Shown here one piece after another: positions 39,511 through 52,458 of a stretch of DNA of 64,000 bases. The notes under the pieces were generated by a model. That model saw nothing but the letters and a program-made list of their open reading frames with translations, was not told the DNA's origin and searched no databases. The translations under genes and the position numbers were made by a program. Numbering within the stretch: position 1 is the stretch's first letter; every line of letters begins with the position of its first letter. Origin of the DNA: Epiperipatus broadwayi (Eukaryota > Animalia > Onychophora); the NCBI GenBank assembly GCA_028023455.1, contig JAQFVV010000010.1, positions 2,976,001 to 3,040,000 on the forward strand, in the 5' to 3' direction.

Positions 39511-42500
39511 ATAGACTTTTGCAAACTTAAAATCTAGAATCACTCGCATTCTCATCTATATAACAGAATTAAATGCAGAAGTGTATATATCTCAGTGTTT
39601 GTAGGCCATGAGAAAAAATCTAGACATTTCTTCAAACCTGGATGATATTTGTAAAGAAAGTAATATTGTAATTCAAATCTAACTCAAAAACTTTGCGTGC
39701 GATGTAAAATAATCTAGGCGCTATTGCATCTGAACGCAAAGCTATTTTATACTTAAAACAAAATAAAATTATACTATTCTGCAAGTGCTTTCAAGAGACG
39801 TGCTCTCATCTTCATAGCTCTAAGTGAATTAATTATATGCAATTATGCAAAGTTCAGGTTAATTTCTCCATTTTCTTGAGATCATGAAACATGTGATAAA
39901 AAAACACAAAATAAAAAAAGCTTGGCACATAATTAATTCTAAGAACTCCATAAATATAAAAACCAATAGCATTTCAATCTAATGACATAGCCAATCACTA
40001 GGTCAACTTATGCATGCAAATATACTAATATCTATGATAATGAGTGATTAGTTTAATGTATGTTGGTATCTATATGGGTATGCTAATATATTTTGCTAAT
40101 ATTCATTGTAGTCATGCTGTGACAAAGATATACTGTATCACAATCCTGGCTCAGCAAAATAACAAATATTTTTTTATATCAAAGATTTATAATCATAATA
40201 ATTGATAATGATCTACATACTCTGATACAATATATTTCATTATATATATATTGAATTTATATAGTGCAAAATTATATCATAACTATCATAAGAGAAATAA
40301 AGAAACTTATATTATAAATAAATTCATATTCATAGCAATAAGGAAAAATATCACTTAAAATCTAATCAAAGTTCCAGACATCCATTCTCATGATACAATC
40401 ATGAAAGCTGTTTATTCACTCTCGCATCAATAGTTGTTTTTAAAAAAATCACTATGCAGATTAGATTTGGTGTAAAATTAATATTTAATTGATTACCTCT
40501 GATCAGACACTGTGAGTAATATGTGATGTCTCATATGCATAATATACAAATGACTTGAAAAAAATTAAAGTTCCTGGATTCTATAAATAACTTATATAAT
40601 CCTACCCAAATGAATTAAACTATAAATATGATAATTTTAACACTTATCCTCATAAAAGCAGAATGAAGAAGATTTTTGATATTAAATTACTGGAATTTAT
40701 GACTTCTTTACTGATTATTTAAAAATTAAGAATTATAATAATATGTGATTATTTTGCCAGTTATTCCATTTACTAAACATAATAGTCAAAATTTAAATTA
40801 TAGCTTATTTTAAATGAGGATTTGTTTGTTTAATTTAGTAATATGTTTCTCTGCCTTTTTGATTGCTAAACTAAAAATAAAAATGATTTTAAATACTTGG
40901 ATTATCTCTGTGTGTATATTTTCGAAATTTAAATAAAGTTTATTAAAATTTTGTAATTATGTATAAACAATACACATAATTACCACCCTTCATTAGTATA
41001 TTCACTCTAGAAAAATTTATCTTTAAATGACAATAAAAGATAATATATACAAATGAGCTCAGGTACAATCTATTCAAATGTTGGCCAATACATTAAATAT
41101 ATATGTAGTCATCAGCCAGGTGTTGGTCATTGATCATAATGGAATCATTGAATATACAAGATAATCTGTATGTATATGAACCCGTTCTTAATGATAACAA
41201 ACTTATATGGACTTTATTAAATTACTGTATGTGCGAATAAAAGATCACAAAGTAATTTCTAATTATTATTTATATACATTTATTGATAAATGAATAAAAT
41301 TGTCAAGTTTAAATTGTCTTAGTTTTTCTCTTTTAATAAAGTTACTGATGCTACTAGGCTGGTATTAATAGAATATCCCTGGGACTCAGCAAAATAAGTG
41401 CAATTGAAATGCCACAGTCAACACTTCTTTTTGTTTACAAAAAGATGAACAAACAGTATCATAATGATGCAGTGATAAGTATAGCAGAATAGATTGTGCA
41501 AGAAAGTGTAATGGATCATTTTGATAATAGAAGAATCTGTGTAAACTATTACAATGGCATTATTAATTACAATATTCAATAATTAGATGTAAATAATGTA
41601 TCAATTTGGAAAATATATGTTCCAATATGTCAAGCAATATGTGCTTATTAATAGAATTGAACACAACAAAGTTAATATAGCTACACTTTAGTTGTTCTCT
41701 GGGAAAGATGTATTGCAAGTGGCAAACAACTATGGGTTTGTAAAATCCCCAATGTGAGGAGTTAAAAGACGAATGCTTATTTTCAGCCAGCAACAACTAA
41801 ATAGGTGGCATACCTAAGATTTAAGAGTAGAATACAGTCACCTAAAGAGAGATAACAAGATTATGATATTGCATTAAGAATATTTGCAAAAGAATGTTAT
41901 TTTAACTCTGAGTTGGATAACATGTTAATGGATCAATTATTATATGGAATGATGGATCACAGCTTCAAGAAAATGTTATTAAAAATGAACTGAGCCTTAC
42001 TTATAAATATATAATAGAGACATGTTTTGCACAGGAAATAATGCTGGAAAATGCTTCAAAATTCCAAGCTATATCGTACATACAAAAAGATCCTTAATAA
42101 CTATTAATAAAACAGAAGCTGATAGTCCAAGCCATAGAAGTTCAAATCAGTTTAATTTGTTACTGTTGTGGAGGGAAAAACCATGTGAAGGAGTACTGCA
42201 AATTTAGAAGAGAAAAATGTAGTCTGTAGTTTAACAGGACATTTAGTTTATGTTTGCTGAAATAAAGACAGAAGTATAAAAACCAAGTCAAACTCTGACT
42301 TTAAATCACAGAGAGGCAGTGTAAGAAGAAAAAATTATATTAATAAGTTTAATGGTACAGAAAATGTTCATATTCTATTGGATGATTTTCTGTGAACAAA
42401 GAACTACTATAATAGTGGATAGTGGTACTAGTTTATCTTTGCTATCACAGAAAGTTGGGCCTAAACTTAGTGAAAATAATAAAATAAAGCTGATGCTCAA

Positions 42501-43321
42501 AAAACCAGTCATCACAGACACAGATGTTAATGGAAATAAAATATACTTATGTATCAAAGTAACTAACTTTTGAAATTAATTCCAGAGTAAAATTTCTACC
42601 ATTGTATATAGTTAAAAGACATTTAAGTTTTATTTTTGGTAGAAACTGGTTTAGACCACTTGGAGTTCAAATAGAGAAAAGAATAAAGTTGATTTATAAT
42701 ATATTGCAAATAGCAAGGAGGAGTCTGGATTGGTAAAAGTGACACTAATATGAAGAAGTCGAATTTCAAAATGTTGATCTGGATATAAAAATTTGCAAAA
42801 TTGATAGCAAGGCCTACTTGGAATGCATGTAATATGTCTACATGCAATGGTTGCATTCTTATAATTTAGTGCATACTCACAGAATCTGAAATCCAAAAGC
42901 AAGTGCTTAGTTTCAAAATAGGCTCGAAGATGATGCAATCTCACAAAGTCCTGCACTTATCAAGACTCTGTACCTAGATGATCTACATTTTCTGCAAAAA
43001 TCAAAAAATAAAATATTTTATCACTTGCTAAACTTAACTATTTTATTTTTTTGCCAAAACTTTGTAATTTAGCCTACAATGACTATCACATGTAAGTAAA
43101 CAATTGAAGCACTAGTTATATAGTGATGTAGATTTTTCATCTACACATAACAAGTATACTTAAATATTTCGCTTATATACTTTCTGGACATGTTAATGTG
43201 AAATTACACAGATCAAGAATGAGCAATTCATCTACTAAATTAGATTCACAAAATCAAAATTACAATGATGACATTAGTGAATTCGAATAAAACATTCAAG
43301 GAAATAACATATATATAAAAC

Positions 43322-43365
43322 TGCTTTAATATTTCAACCAGCGGACTGGTTTTCATCAGAAAACA
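43322..43365 (-). ncRNA. Penelope terminal-repeat hammerhead ribozyme with canonical core
   Basis: tgtttt-CTGATGA-a-AACCAG tccg CTGGTT-GAA-ATAT-T-aaagca. 6-bp stem I, 6-bp stem II and a 4-nt palindrome in place of stem III. Confidence 0.65.
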
Positions 43366-44155
43366 CAGCAAAGTGGCTACTTCCAGAATTTAAACATTAA
43401 AAAAATTACAAACATTCACATATCAGATAACAAAATTAATTCATATAGATTAAAATTCTTTATCAATTTTTTTAAAAAACTTTCCTTACAAAATCTCCTC
43501 CTCTTATAACACACTCCTTTATACAACAATTCTTATCAATCAACCAATTGATAAATATCTCATACTTATTGTTTTAAAACAATGAAAAAATAGTAATTAC
43601 ATTATTATAAAATACTTATAAAGCTTTAAAAAAACCTACAAAAATAAAAAAATACTTTACAATTACTTTAATACATGTTTGTACAATATAAATGACTCTA
43701 CACAGAAACTTTATACAAAAATTTACAAAAAATTACATAAAAACCCTTTCAAAAAAACTTTTTTTAAAAAATTAAAACCTAACATATATATTATTATATA
43801 AAAAAAAAAACCATACACATACTATTATATAAAAAAATCACTATACATATTTTACTAGTCCACATATAAAATAAAAAAAAAGTAATAAAGCAATAAAAAA
43901 ATAGAACACTAAAAAATAAATCCCTAGAAAACTAGGTAATTCAAGGATGTGATAGTAAACATCACATGACCATCTCCTCTTATGCTTGTGTATAACTGTT
44001 GTTAAAACAGGCAAAACTCACTATATATATTGCCACACATAGCAAGCTGGAGTAATCAATGGATGCCAGAAAGCTTATGCATAAAATCCCCATCTAGTGC
44101 CTACTCATCCAATATTCCCAGACTAGTTTCTGGCTTATGCTCTCAGATCCAAGGT

Positions 44156-44197
44156 TCCTCACTGACGAAGGCCATAAGCCAGAAACTAGTCTGGGGA
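44156..44197 (+). ncRNA. Minimal type-I hammerhead ribozyme (family B), cleavage predicted after 44191
   Basis: tcctca-CTGACGA-a ggc cataa gcc a-GAA-ACTAGT-C-tgggga. Canonical core, 6-nt palindrome and GUC triplet. Confidence 0.82.
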
Positions 44198-44610
44198 TAT
44201 TGGATGAGTAGGCACTAGATGGGGATTTTATGCACAAGCCTTCTGGTAGCCATTGATTACTCTAGCTTTCTGTGTGTGGCAATATATATAGTGAGTTTTG
44301 CCTGTTTTAACAACAGTTATACACAAGTATAAGAGGAGGTGGTCATGTGATGTTTTTTGGCTTAAAACCAATCCTGCCTAATAGAATAGTGGTGGCTATG
44401 GTTATTAAAGAACCAAAGACATCAAAATGTATGGATACTGAACTGGGTTCAGACCCATATGACTATATAAGCTAATGGGCTTGGATTGAAAAGATTAAAG
44501 TGTTTTCAATTTAAGACTCATAGTTTTGTAGTTAAATGGAGATAAAAGGTGTTTGCTGGAGGGTTGCATTAGATCCTAAGATCTAGATGCAGTGCTCTCA
44601 GATCCAAGGC

Positions 44611-44651
44611 TTCTCACTGACGAAGGCCATAGCCAGAAACTAGTCTGAGGA
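44611..44651 (+). ncRNA. Minimal type-I hammerhead ribozyme (family B), cleavage predicted after 44645
   Basis: ttctca-CTGACGA-a ggc cata gcc a-GAA-ACTAGT-C-tgagga. Stem I differs from the first copy at two positions but stays fully paired. Confidence 0.82.
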
Positions 44652-44710
44652 TATTGGATGAGTAGGCACTAGATGGGGATTTTATGCACAAGCCTTCTGG
44701 CATCCATTGA

Positions 44711-45058
44711 TTACTCTAGCTTGCTGTGTGTGGCAATATATATAGTGAGTTTTGCCTGTCTGGATGTGATAGTACCTATATTCATAAGATGAGGATGTAA
44801 TGACTTAAATTTAAAAATAAAAAAACTTTCCTTCTGCTTCCTCTTTCTCGTGGAAGAAAAATTATCCTCCAATATAACCACTATTAAATCATCAATTGAT
44901 TGATCAGGTAAATTAAAACGTTTAGAAACTGGTCTGTCTTCATTTTTATGTAAAACATCAAACCTATGATTAGTTATTCTAATATGTATACTGTTTGCTG
45001 ACCCACCTATGTAATGACTCAAGCACTTTTTACATTCTATTAAATATACTAAGTTCAT
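44711..45058 (-). pseudogene. GIY-YIG endonuclease domain of a Penelope-like element (open for 115 aa in the inverted copy)
   Basis: NLVYLIECKKCLSHYIG...RITNHR...RKRKQKESFFI.K..SLHP..MN is a typical Penelope-type GIY-YIG. The C-terminal tail runs into the family B insertion. Confidence 0.88.
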
Positions 45059-46362
45059 ACTTTTACAATTGACCTAGTTGGGGATATACTATTTAAAATC
45101 ATATCATAAGGCACTGTTAGATAGGGCAGTGATAAAATCTTCAGGAGCTGACAGGAAGGAATTTCTTTGGTCTAAGAAAAGAAATAGTCAATTGATAGTA
45201 CACCACTAGTTCTTACCTTTAATGATGATTTACCTAATATTAACTGACTATTATGGAAACATTTTAATATATTAAATTCCATAGATTATCTGAGGTCTGA
45301 TTTTCCCTATTGTAAAAACAGATTTTAGCAATAATTTTGTGCCAGAAAAGGGATGTTTTTCATGTGAGAACAAAAGATATCTAACATGCAAACATATTAT
45401 TTTATGAAGATGGTTCAGGTGATACCATTCATGATTTTAAATGGTATATCCTCAACTATATCAATTGCATAAGTATGAACTTGGTATATTTAATAGAATG
45501 TAATACGTGCTTGAGTCATTACATGTGAGTCAGCAAACAGGCTACATATTAGAATAACCAACTATAGGTTTGATGTTTTACATAAAAATGAAGATAGACT
45601 AGTTTCTAAACATTTTAATTTATGCGATCACTCGATAGATAATTTAAGAGTGGTTATATTAGAAGATAGTTTTTTTTCCATGAGAGAAAAGAAACAGAAA
45701 GTTTTTTTATTTTTAAATTTAAGACATTACATCCTTATCGTATGAATATGAATATAGGTACTATCACATCTTTGAATTACCTAGTTTCCTAGAGATTTGT
45801 TGTTTTTTTTTTGTTGTTGTTTTCTAGGAAATTGTTTTTTATTTTATAGGTGGACTAGTAAGAAATATATATATATATAAGAAATATATATAGTAAATTA
45901 CATATAATAAAATATATATAGTGGGGTTTTTTATGTGTATATATATAATAGAATATTTTTATGCTTTTTTAATAAATAATAATAATGATATATGTATGGT
46001 TTTAGTTTTTTTAAAAAAGGTTTTTTTGAAAAAGTTTTTTTGTAATTTTTTGTACAAAGTTTTGTTGTATGTAATTCTTGTAAAGTTATTTATATTGTAT
46101 GTGCATATATTAGAATAATTAATTTGTGTTTGTAAAGGTTTTTTATTTCTGTAAGGTTTTGTAAAGTTTTATAAATATTTTATAAGAATGTAATTACGTT
46201 TTCTTTTGTTTGTGTTAAAAAAGTATGAGATATTTATTAGTTGGTTGATTGATAAGAATTGTTGTATAAAGGATTTTAGCCTATAGGAATTAATTTTATT
46301 ATATGATATGTAAATGTTTGTAATATTTTAGTGTTTAAATTCTGAAAGTATCCATTTTGCTG

Positions 46363-46406
46363 TGCTTTCTGGTGAAAACCAGTCTGCTAGTTGAAATATT
46401 AAAGCA
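46363..46406 (+). ncRNA. Second copy of the Penelope hammerhead with a core mutation (CUGGUGA)
   Basis: tgcttt-CTGGTGA-aaaccagtctgctagtt-GAAATATT-aaagca, in sense orientation downstream of the GIY-YIG remnant. Confidence 0.5.
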
Positions 46407-49400
46407 GCTTTATAGAGAAGTATTTGTGTGTTTTTTCCTTTTATTAGTAATTTTTTATATTTCCTTGAGTTAGTTCATATATTTATTATTTTCATATATA
46501 TATACTGCATTACATGTATTTTATTCTTTCTCAAATATTGAATCAATAAAATTCCACAAAGTCATATTTATAATTTATAAATAGTAATAAATAAGTAATT
46601 ACTTAGTCCTTATAAGTACTAATTTGTGCAATTTTATGGTATCAATCTTTAAATAAATTAAAATAAAATACATATAAAAGCAATAAATTATATTTTATTT
46701 TCTTGAATGTTTTTTTTTAGTACATTCTCATTCAAAATAAATAAAATTTTAATAAAGGAATCATTCTAAACTTCATTTACATATTCACAAATAAGATAAT
46801 TTTTTTAAAATCCAAATTAAAACACTGCTCTAGCACCACTTTTTCTTAAGTCAGCTTTGCTTACTTTGCTACATAAGGGTCACTCAGGAGTAATATGCAT
46901 GAAAGCCTTAGTAAGATCATAAGGTACGATGACCTAATATGAGTGAAGAAATAGAGAAGATGGTTAAAAATTGTTTAGACTGTTAATCCATCATTGATTT
47001 GTATTCAAAAAGACTGAAAATGTTGTGAACGTATATGAAGTCTTAGAACAGACACCTAAACCATTCTAGGTTATTGGATGGCTACATCATATTCCAACTG
47101 GATGTAGTATAAACTCACCAAAAAGATAAGTGGTTGAATGTATTATTAAGAGATTAAAAGAAATTTTCATAAGCCAAGGATACTAGAAACTATTTTTATC
47201 GACAATGGAACTGGTTTTGCATCACAGATATTTAAGAATTTTTTTTAATTAATAAGGAAATACATCACATTTAGGCACCACCATACCACCCCAAGTCGAA
47301 TGGTTTAGATGAAAAGGCAGTTCAACATCTTAAATTAACATTGGATAAATTAGGATATGAATGAAGTGCAGTGCTAATTGATGCAATGCACATCGATAAT
47401 GGAAGACAGCATCAGAATTATTAATGCATCAAACATTTCACACACATCTGTCTGAGTTATTAACCAGCTAATAATAACGTAATTGGTGAAAACAATTTAG
47501 ACCATGAAAATTTTAAAGTCTATGAGTAACTTTGAATTAGAGACTTTTTTTTTTTTAAAAAAAAAAGGCTTCTTGGTGTGATAATAAAAGTTTTGACTAA
47601 ACACATCAAAATAATACAATTAAAAAATGGAAAACATTTAAAGAGTTAACATCAATTATTTATAACCTCACTAAAGTGATATGTCAGAAATAGATAGTAT
47701 TCAATTATCATCAGTTAATAAAAAAGACAACTGTGATAAAGAGGAGGAGTGTGCTGATATCTCCTCAGCCACACAAAATGAGGAAATTCCTAGTGATAGC
47801 TGGACAGAGGAATTAGATCTCACTGAGTATTAAATCAGATTATCAAGCAGTAGAAACAGTGGAGGATTTATTATTGTCTAAACAGTCTAATCAAAAAAAA
47901 AAAAACAACTGATCAGAATAAAGGATCAACACAAACTTCAAGACTTATTCAAGATTATTGGAGAGTCCAAAAATTACAAAACTATTTTTGTAATTTTACA
48001 AATTATTTCTAGAGGGAGAGGAGTGGACTGTCTGTGTATGCATCTATTTAAATTATAAATAAAGTTTATTAAAATTTTATAATTATGTACAGACAACTCA
48101 TATATAATTGTCACTCTTCAATAGTATACCCACTGTAGAAAAATTCATATATACCTGAATAGTTTTGAATGATAATAAAAAATAACATATGCAAATGAGT
48201 TCAGATTACACAGAAAGGAATGATATAAAAACTTCCAATAGTCTACTTAAATGTTGGCTGATATATTAAATATATATGAGGTCATAAGCAGGGTGTTGGT
48301 TGAATGATCAAAAAGGAATCATTGAGTGTACAAGATATATTAATATTTATGCACACAAGAACCTATACTTATTGGTAACACAGTTTATGGACTTTATTAA
48401 ATATTGTGGGTGTGAATAAATTAATTCATACAACTACAGATTATAATAAACTTTAGAGATTACAAAAATTGGCAAATAAGTTTAAATTGTCTTAGTTTTC
48501 TCTTTTAATAAAGTTATTGATGCTATTCAGCTAGTATCAATAAGAATTCACCTGGGACATAGCAGTATTAAAAATTTAAGTGCTTCTATTTTATAAGTTT
48601 CTGCTAGTAATATATCTTTTTAAATGTGTTCCAAAATTAATTTAGTCCTTCCAAAAAGAGACATATATGTTTATAACCTGTTAATTATTCATTTCAAATT
48701 AAAAGACTCCCAAAAAGAAGCTATTACTCATTAAATGATTTTACTAGCTTTCTTTTCTAGTATTATCCTTTAGCTATAATTAGATGTATATCATTTGCTA
48801 AATAAAAAATTAGTTGCTTATGGACTAGCTATGGATATTCTGCTATGAAAAATCAATTTTGTAAAGCATAACATGCCTGACTGGAGACATTGTATGTTTT
48901 AATGAGGGCATACAGAAGTTCTAAATGACCTATTCTCTGAGTAATCAAGGTCTGACAAGTTTGGTAGCCTAAAGAAATTAATACTAAGAATGTGAGCTGG
49001 TCATCCAAATAAATATACTAAGTGGATTAATTTATATGAAGTAAATAAAAACATAATGCACTGAAGCCCTTTTAAAGAAGTATTTGCAAAGTATTTCTAC
49101 ATTTTTAGATACTTCTTTTAAAAAAATTTAGTTTATATAAATGTTTTATAATTTATTTTGTCAAAAAACAGATAAGTCTAAAAGAAATGAAAAATTGATC
49201 ATACAAATTGACAAAATCTTTTTGATAATTACAAATCACAAAACAAAACAAAAAATTATATTATTTAATAAATCTAAAATATCTATTAGATCTTAAATGT
49301 TTGTTAACAAAATAATCATAATGAAATATATATTGTAACGGAATGGTCTGACAACCATCTAGATTCGTGTGCCAACACGTTGGATGCCAATTATAACAGA

Positions 49401-49861
49401 ACAAACAAAAATTGGAAACATAATATATGTGATTCATGCCTGATTGGCTGTACCATTTGTAATGGAATGGAGGTATTATGTATATGACCAGATTCCTAAT
49501 GACACAACTGGACAGTATCTAGCCCCAATAATTGATTGTTAATTGGAACTGAATGAACAAAATGGCTATCTGTGCCACTCATTTTATTTGTACATTGAAG
49601 TGATGGTACAAGTTTGAATCCCTAAAGGTCAGTAGTTATAAATATATCACATTTGATAGTATGGTTAGTGAAACTCTAATACATATCGTTACCATATGGT
49701 TGCTCTTTAGGTCCTCGACATCGTGAGTTTCTCCTCATATTCTCATTACTTATCAGCATTCAAACTCCATGGTTATATGCATAAATCTAATAATTTAGGA
49801 TGACAATGATTATCATAAGTTTGATATAAAACTAAAAATCTTTATATCTGAGTTATGTGGG

Positions 49862-50097
49862 TGATATGGCATGGGTAACGGAAAGTTAGACAAATGATAT
49901 GACATGGGTAACGGAAAGTTGGATAAATGATATGACATAGATAATGTAAAGTTAGATAAATGAAATAGCATGGCTAATAGAAAGTTGGATAAATGATGTG
50001 GCATGACTAATGGAAAGTTAGATAAATGATATGGCATGGAAAATGGAAAGTTGGATAAATGATATGGCATAGCTAATGGAAAGTTAGATAAATGATG
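49862..50097. repeat. 33-bp minisatellite, about 7 copies; the minus strand reads (HLSNFPLxMPY)n
   Basis: Units tgatatggcatgg.taa.ggaaagtt(a/g)ga(t/c)aaa start at 49862, 49895, 49928, 49961, 49994 and 50027, with the last copies near 50060. Confidence 0.92.
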
Positions 50098-52458
50098 AAT
50101 CACACAAATTCTAATTAAATTAAATAAATCAATAACAACTTTATTCCATTATGGGTCATTTACAATCTTTTAGAACTAATCAATTTAATATTTGGGTAAG
50201 TCAGATCATCCTTCATTAAATTCATATATTATGATCATCCCTCTAACCTTTGACCCCATATAGGATGGTCATCCACTACCCGCTCTAACGATTTGCTTAG
50301 TCTAATAACTTAATTTATGATTATTTAGATATGATTATCCTGCTGACCAATTCTTCTATTCCCTGACTTTAACTTGTCTACTTTAATCCATGACGATGTG
50401 TCGTGGATTATTGATTGTTGCCTTTGGGTAAGAAGTTCCTCTTGATGTTACCAGTATTTATGATAGCAATAGCCATTCATACAAGAGATTTAGTCAGTCA
50501 TACAGAATAACAAATAATAATCAAGTTAATTTAACAGTAACAATAAACATATAAAATTGTCCTGTCCTATTGCGAGCATTTAATATTTTATAGATAAAAT
50601 CTCACCTCGACACCAGCCAATCATTCAGTGTTCTTTAGTTGGCATGTTTAGAGATCAGCATCTAGATCTTATTACAATAAAAAATTATAGTGATTGACCT
50701 ACAGACCCCTCCCCCTTTATATAATTATGATTGATGATTATAGGGCTGGATCATCAATTCTTTCAATAAAAAAAAATAACAACAAAGAGTTATACAACAA
50801 TGAAAAATGGTTTCTACATGATACATATATAATTTGAATAATTGAAATTGTTAGTCCATGTAGTTAACTATTCTTCAGCATATGGATACACAGATGATAA
50901 GATGACTGGTTCCTTCTAGATTAGGAAAATTCATGGATCTTGGGAATTAGTAATCCATTTGATGTTTGGTCATCCTCTAGATAATCGGTTGATGACTTGC
51001 CAGTGGACAAGTAATGTTTCTTTGTTTACTGCTGCTTTCTCCATAATCCTAGTGAATAGTGTCTCCTGGTGATGGTAAAGACATTACTGATGTTATTAGC
51101 TTATAAAATCGAATTATTCATAGGCATATGACTGGCAGCCTCCCCATCTACAATGTTTAATGAGTTTTTACCCCCACATCCTTTTGTATTGCTTCATATT
51201 CATTAAAATTAATGTTATCTGCTGTAAATTAGAAGTTGTATGGTCTTTTTTTGGTTTCTTCAGCCATGAGCTTTGTGTTGATGAGTAATAAAAATTTACA
51301 TGAATTATTCCACTGGAATTATTAATATAAGTCTTTCTATGGAAATATATTATTCCTTTGACCTTTATAAACTTCCCTCCTATATTCATTTTCAATAGCT
51401 TTTGGAGATAATTTGTTCTTTTATAAAATCATTAAATTATAAATCGAACATTAGTTTATTTTTAAGCATTATTTTAATGTGTGTTGATAGTTTTAAAAAA
51501 AATTTATTATCAGTTTTTTGTCTTGATTAAAACAATTCGGTTTCTTTTATTGCATATCTAGTCTGTGTCACGAACATGTTATATATCATACTGTATTTAC
51601 ATTGTTTTAATTTATTTGAGTTACTTTAATTTTTTTTTTTTTTTTTTTAAAATTAATAATATAATAATTTAATTTTAGATCCCATTTTTCTTTGTTACTC
51701 TTTTATACTAAGTTCGTGAATTTGGTAAATTGAAAATAAAAACAAATGACAATGTCACAATCTATTTATAATATAATTAATGTTATAATTTGTTTTTACA
51801 TAACAAAGAGTGTTAATAGATTCATTATACCTTTAATTAAGTATGTTTTGTTTCAGATCTCTTTGTTTCTAATAAGTTGGTACTATACTCCCATAATATG
51901 TAATGACTTATATCTCCTTATAAAAATTAGTTTTATACAAGTCATCAATATAGTTCTCAAATTTTCAAACAAAGGCTATTAATATAAAATAAAGTACAAG
52001 CAATAAAGACACTAATGCAAAAAAATGTCCATGAAATATTTAGCAGAAACTTGTCTATTAAAAATGTACTTGTTATGAGATAAAGCTATTGAAATATTAA
52101 CTATTAAAAATTAACAATTAAACTTACATAATTAAAAATTCAATTCAATACTATATAATAAATTAGAAAATACAACTGAATAATGTAATATATGAACTTG
52201 TGAAGAAATAAATAATGGGGCAAAAAGCATGCATACTTTTTATGTCTTTTAGAAGTTAAAATATATTTTTTATATATTATAATCATTCACCTAACATTAT
52301 TTAAACCATGTGTATCCTGAATATTCATGTATGTCAACATGACCAACTAATTCAATAAATAGTTTAAATCTAATTTTAAGTCAAAAAAAAAAACAATAAC
52401 ACTAAAATTATTAAAAATACACCTGCCAAATTTTTATATCAGATTTAAATTTTTTTAC

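Larger units (their letters stand above)
43958..44761 (+). mobile_element. Non-coding hammerhead-bearing retroelement, family B, with 13-bp TSD GGATGTGATAGTA
   Basis: TSD at 43945-43957 and 44762-44774; removing the insert restores the Penelope inverted arm. Inverted partial copy at 43958-44140, then a direct partial tandem with two hammerheads. Confidence 0.85.
43300..46430 (+). mobile_element. Penelope-like (Neptune-type) element: sense 3' portion about 45095-46430 preceded by an inverted copy (43300-43957 plus 44762-45102)
   Basis: Plus strand: PLVLTFNDDLPNI linker, GCFSCENKRYLTCKH Cys cluster, GIY-YIG remnant, AT-rich 3' region and a hammerhead. The long inverted arms match base by base by eye. 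Confidence 0.85.
40898..48564 (+). mobile_element. Decayed Ty3/Gypsy LTR retrotransposon interrupted by a Penelope complex
   Basis: LTRs at about 40898-41391 and 48024-48564 (ending ggga.(t/c)agca), PPT agagggagaggag. gag CCHC at about 42170-42250, protease VDSGTSLSLLS, integrase MKALVRS...CLDC, DNGTGF and PPYHPKSNGL. Flanks ATACT/GTATT may be a diverged TSD. Confidence 0.85.
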
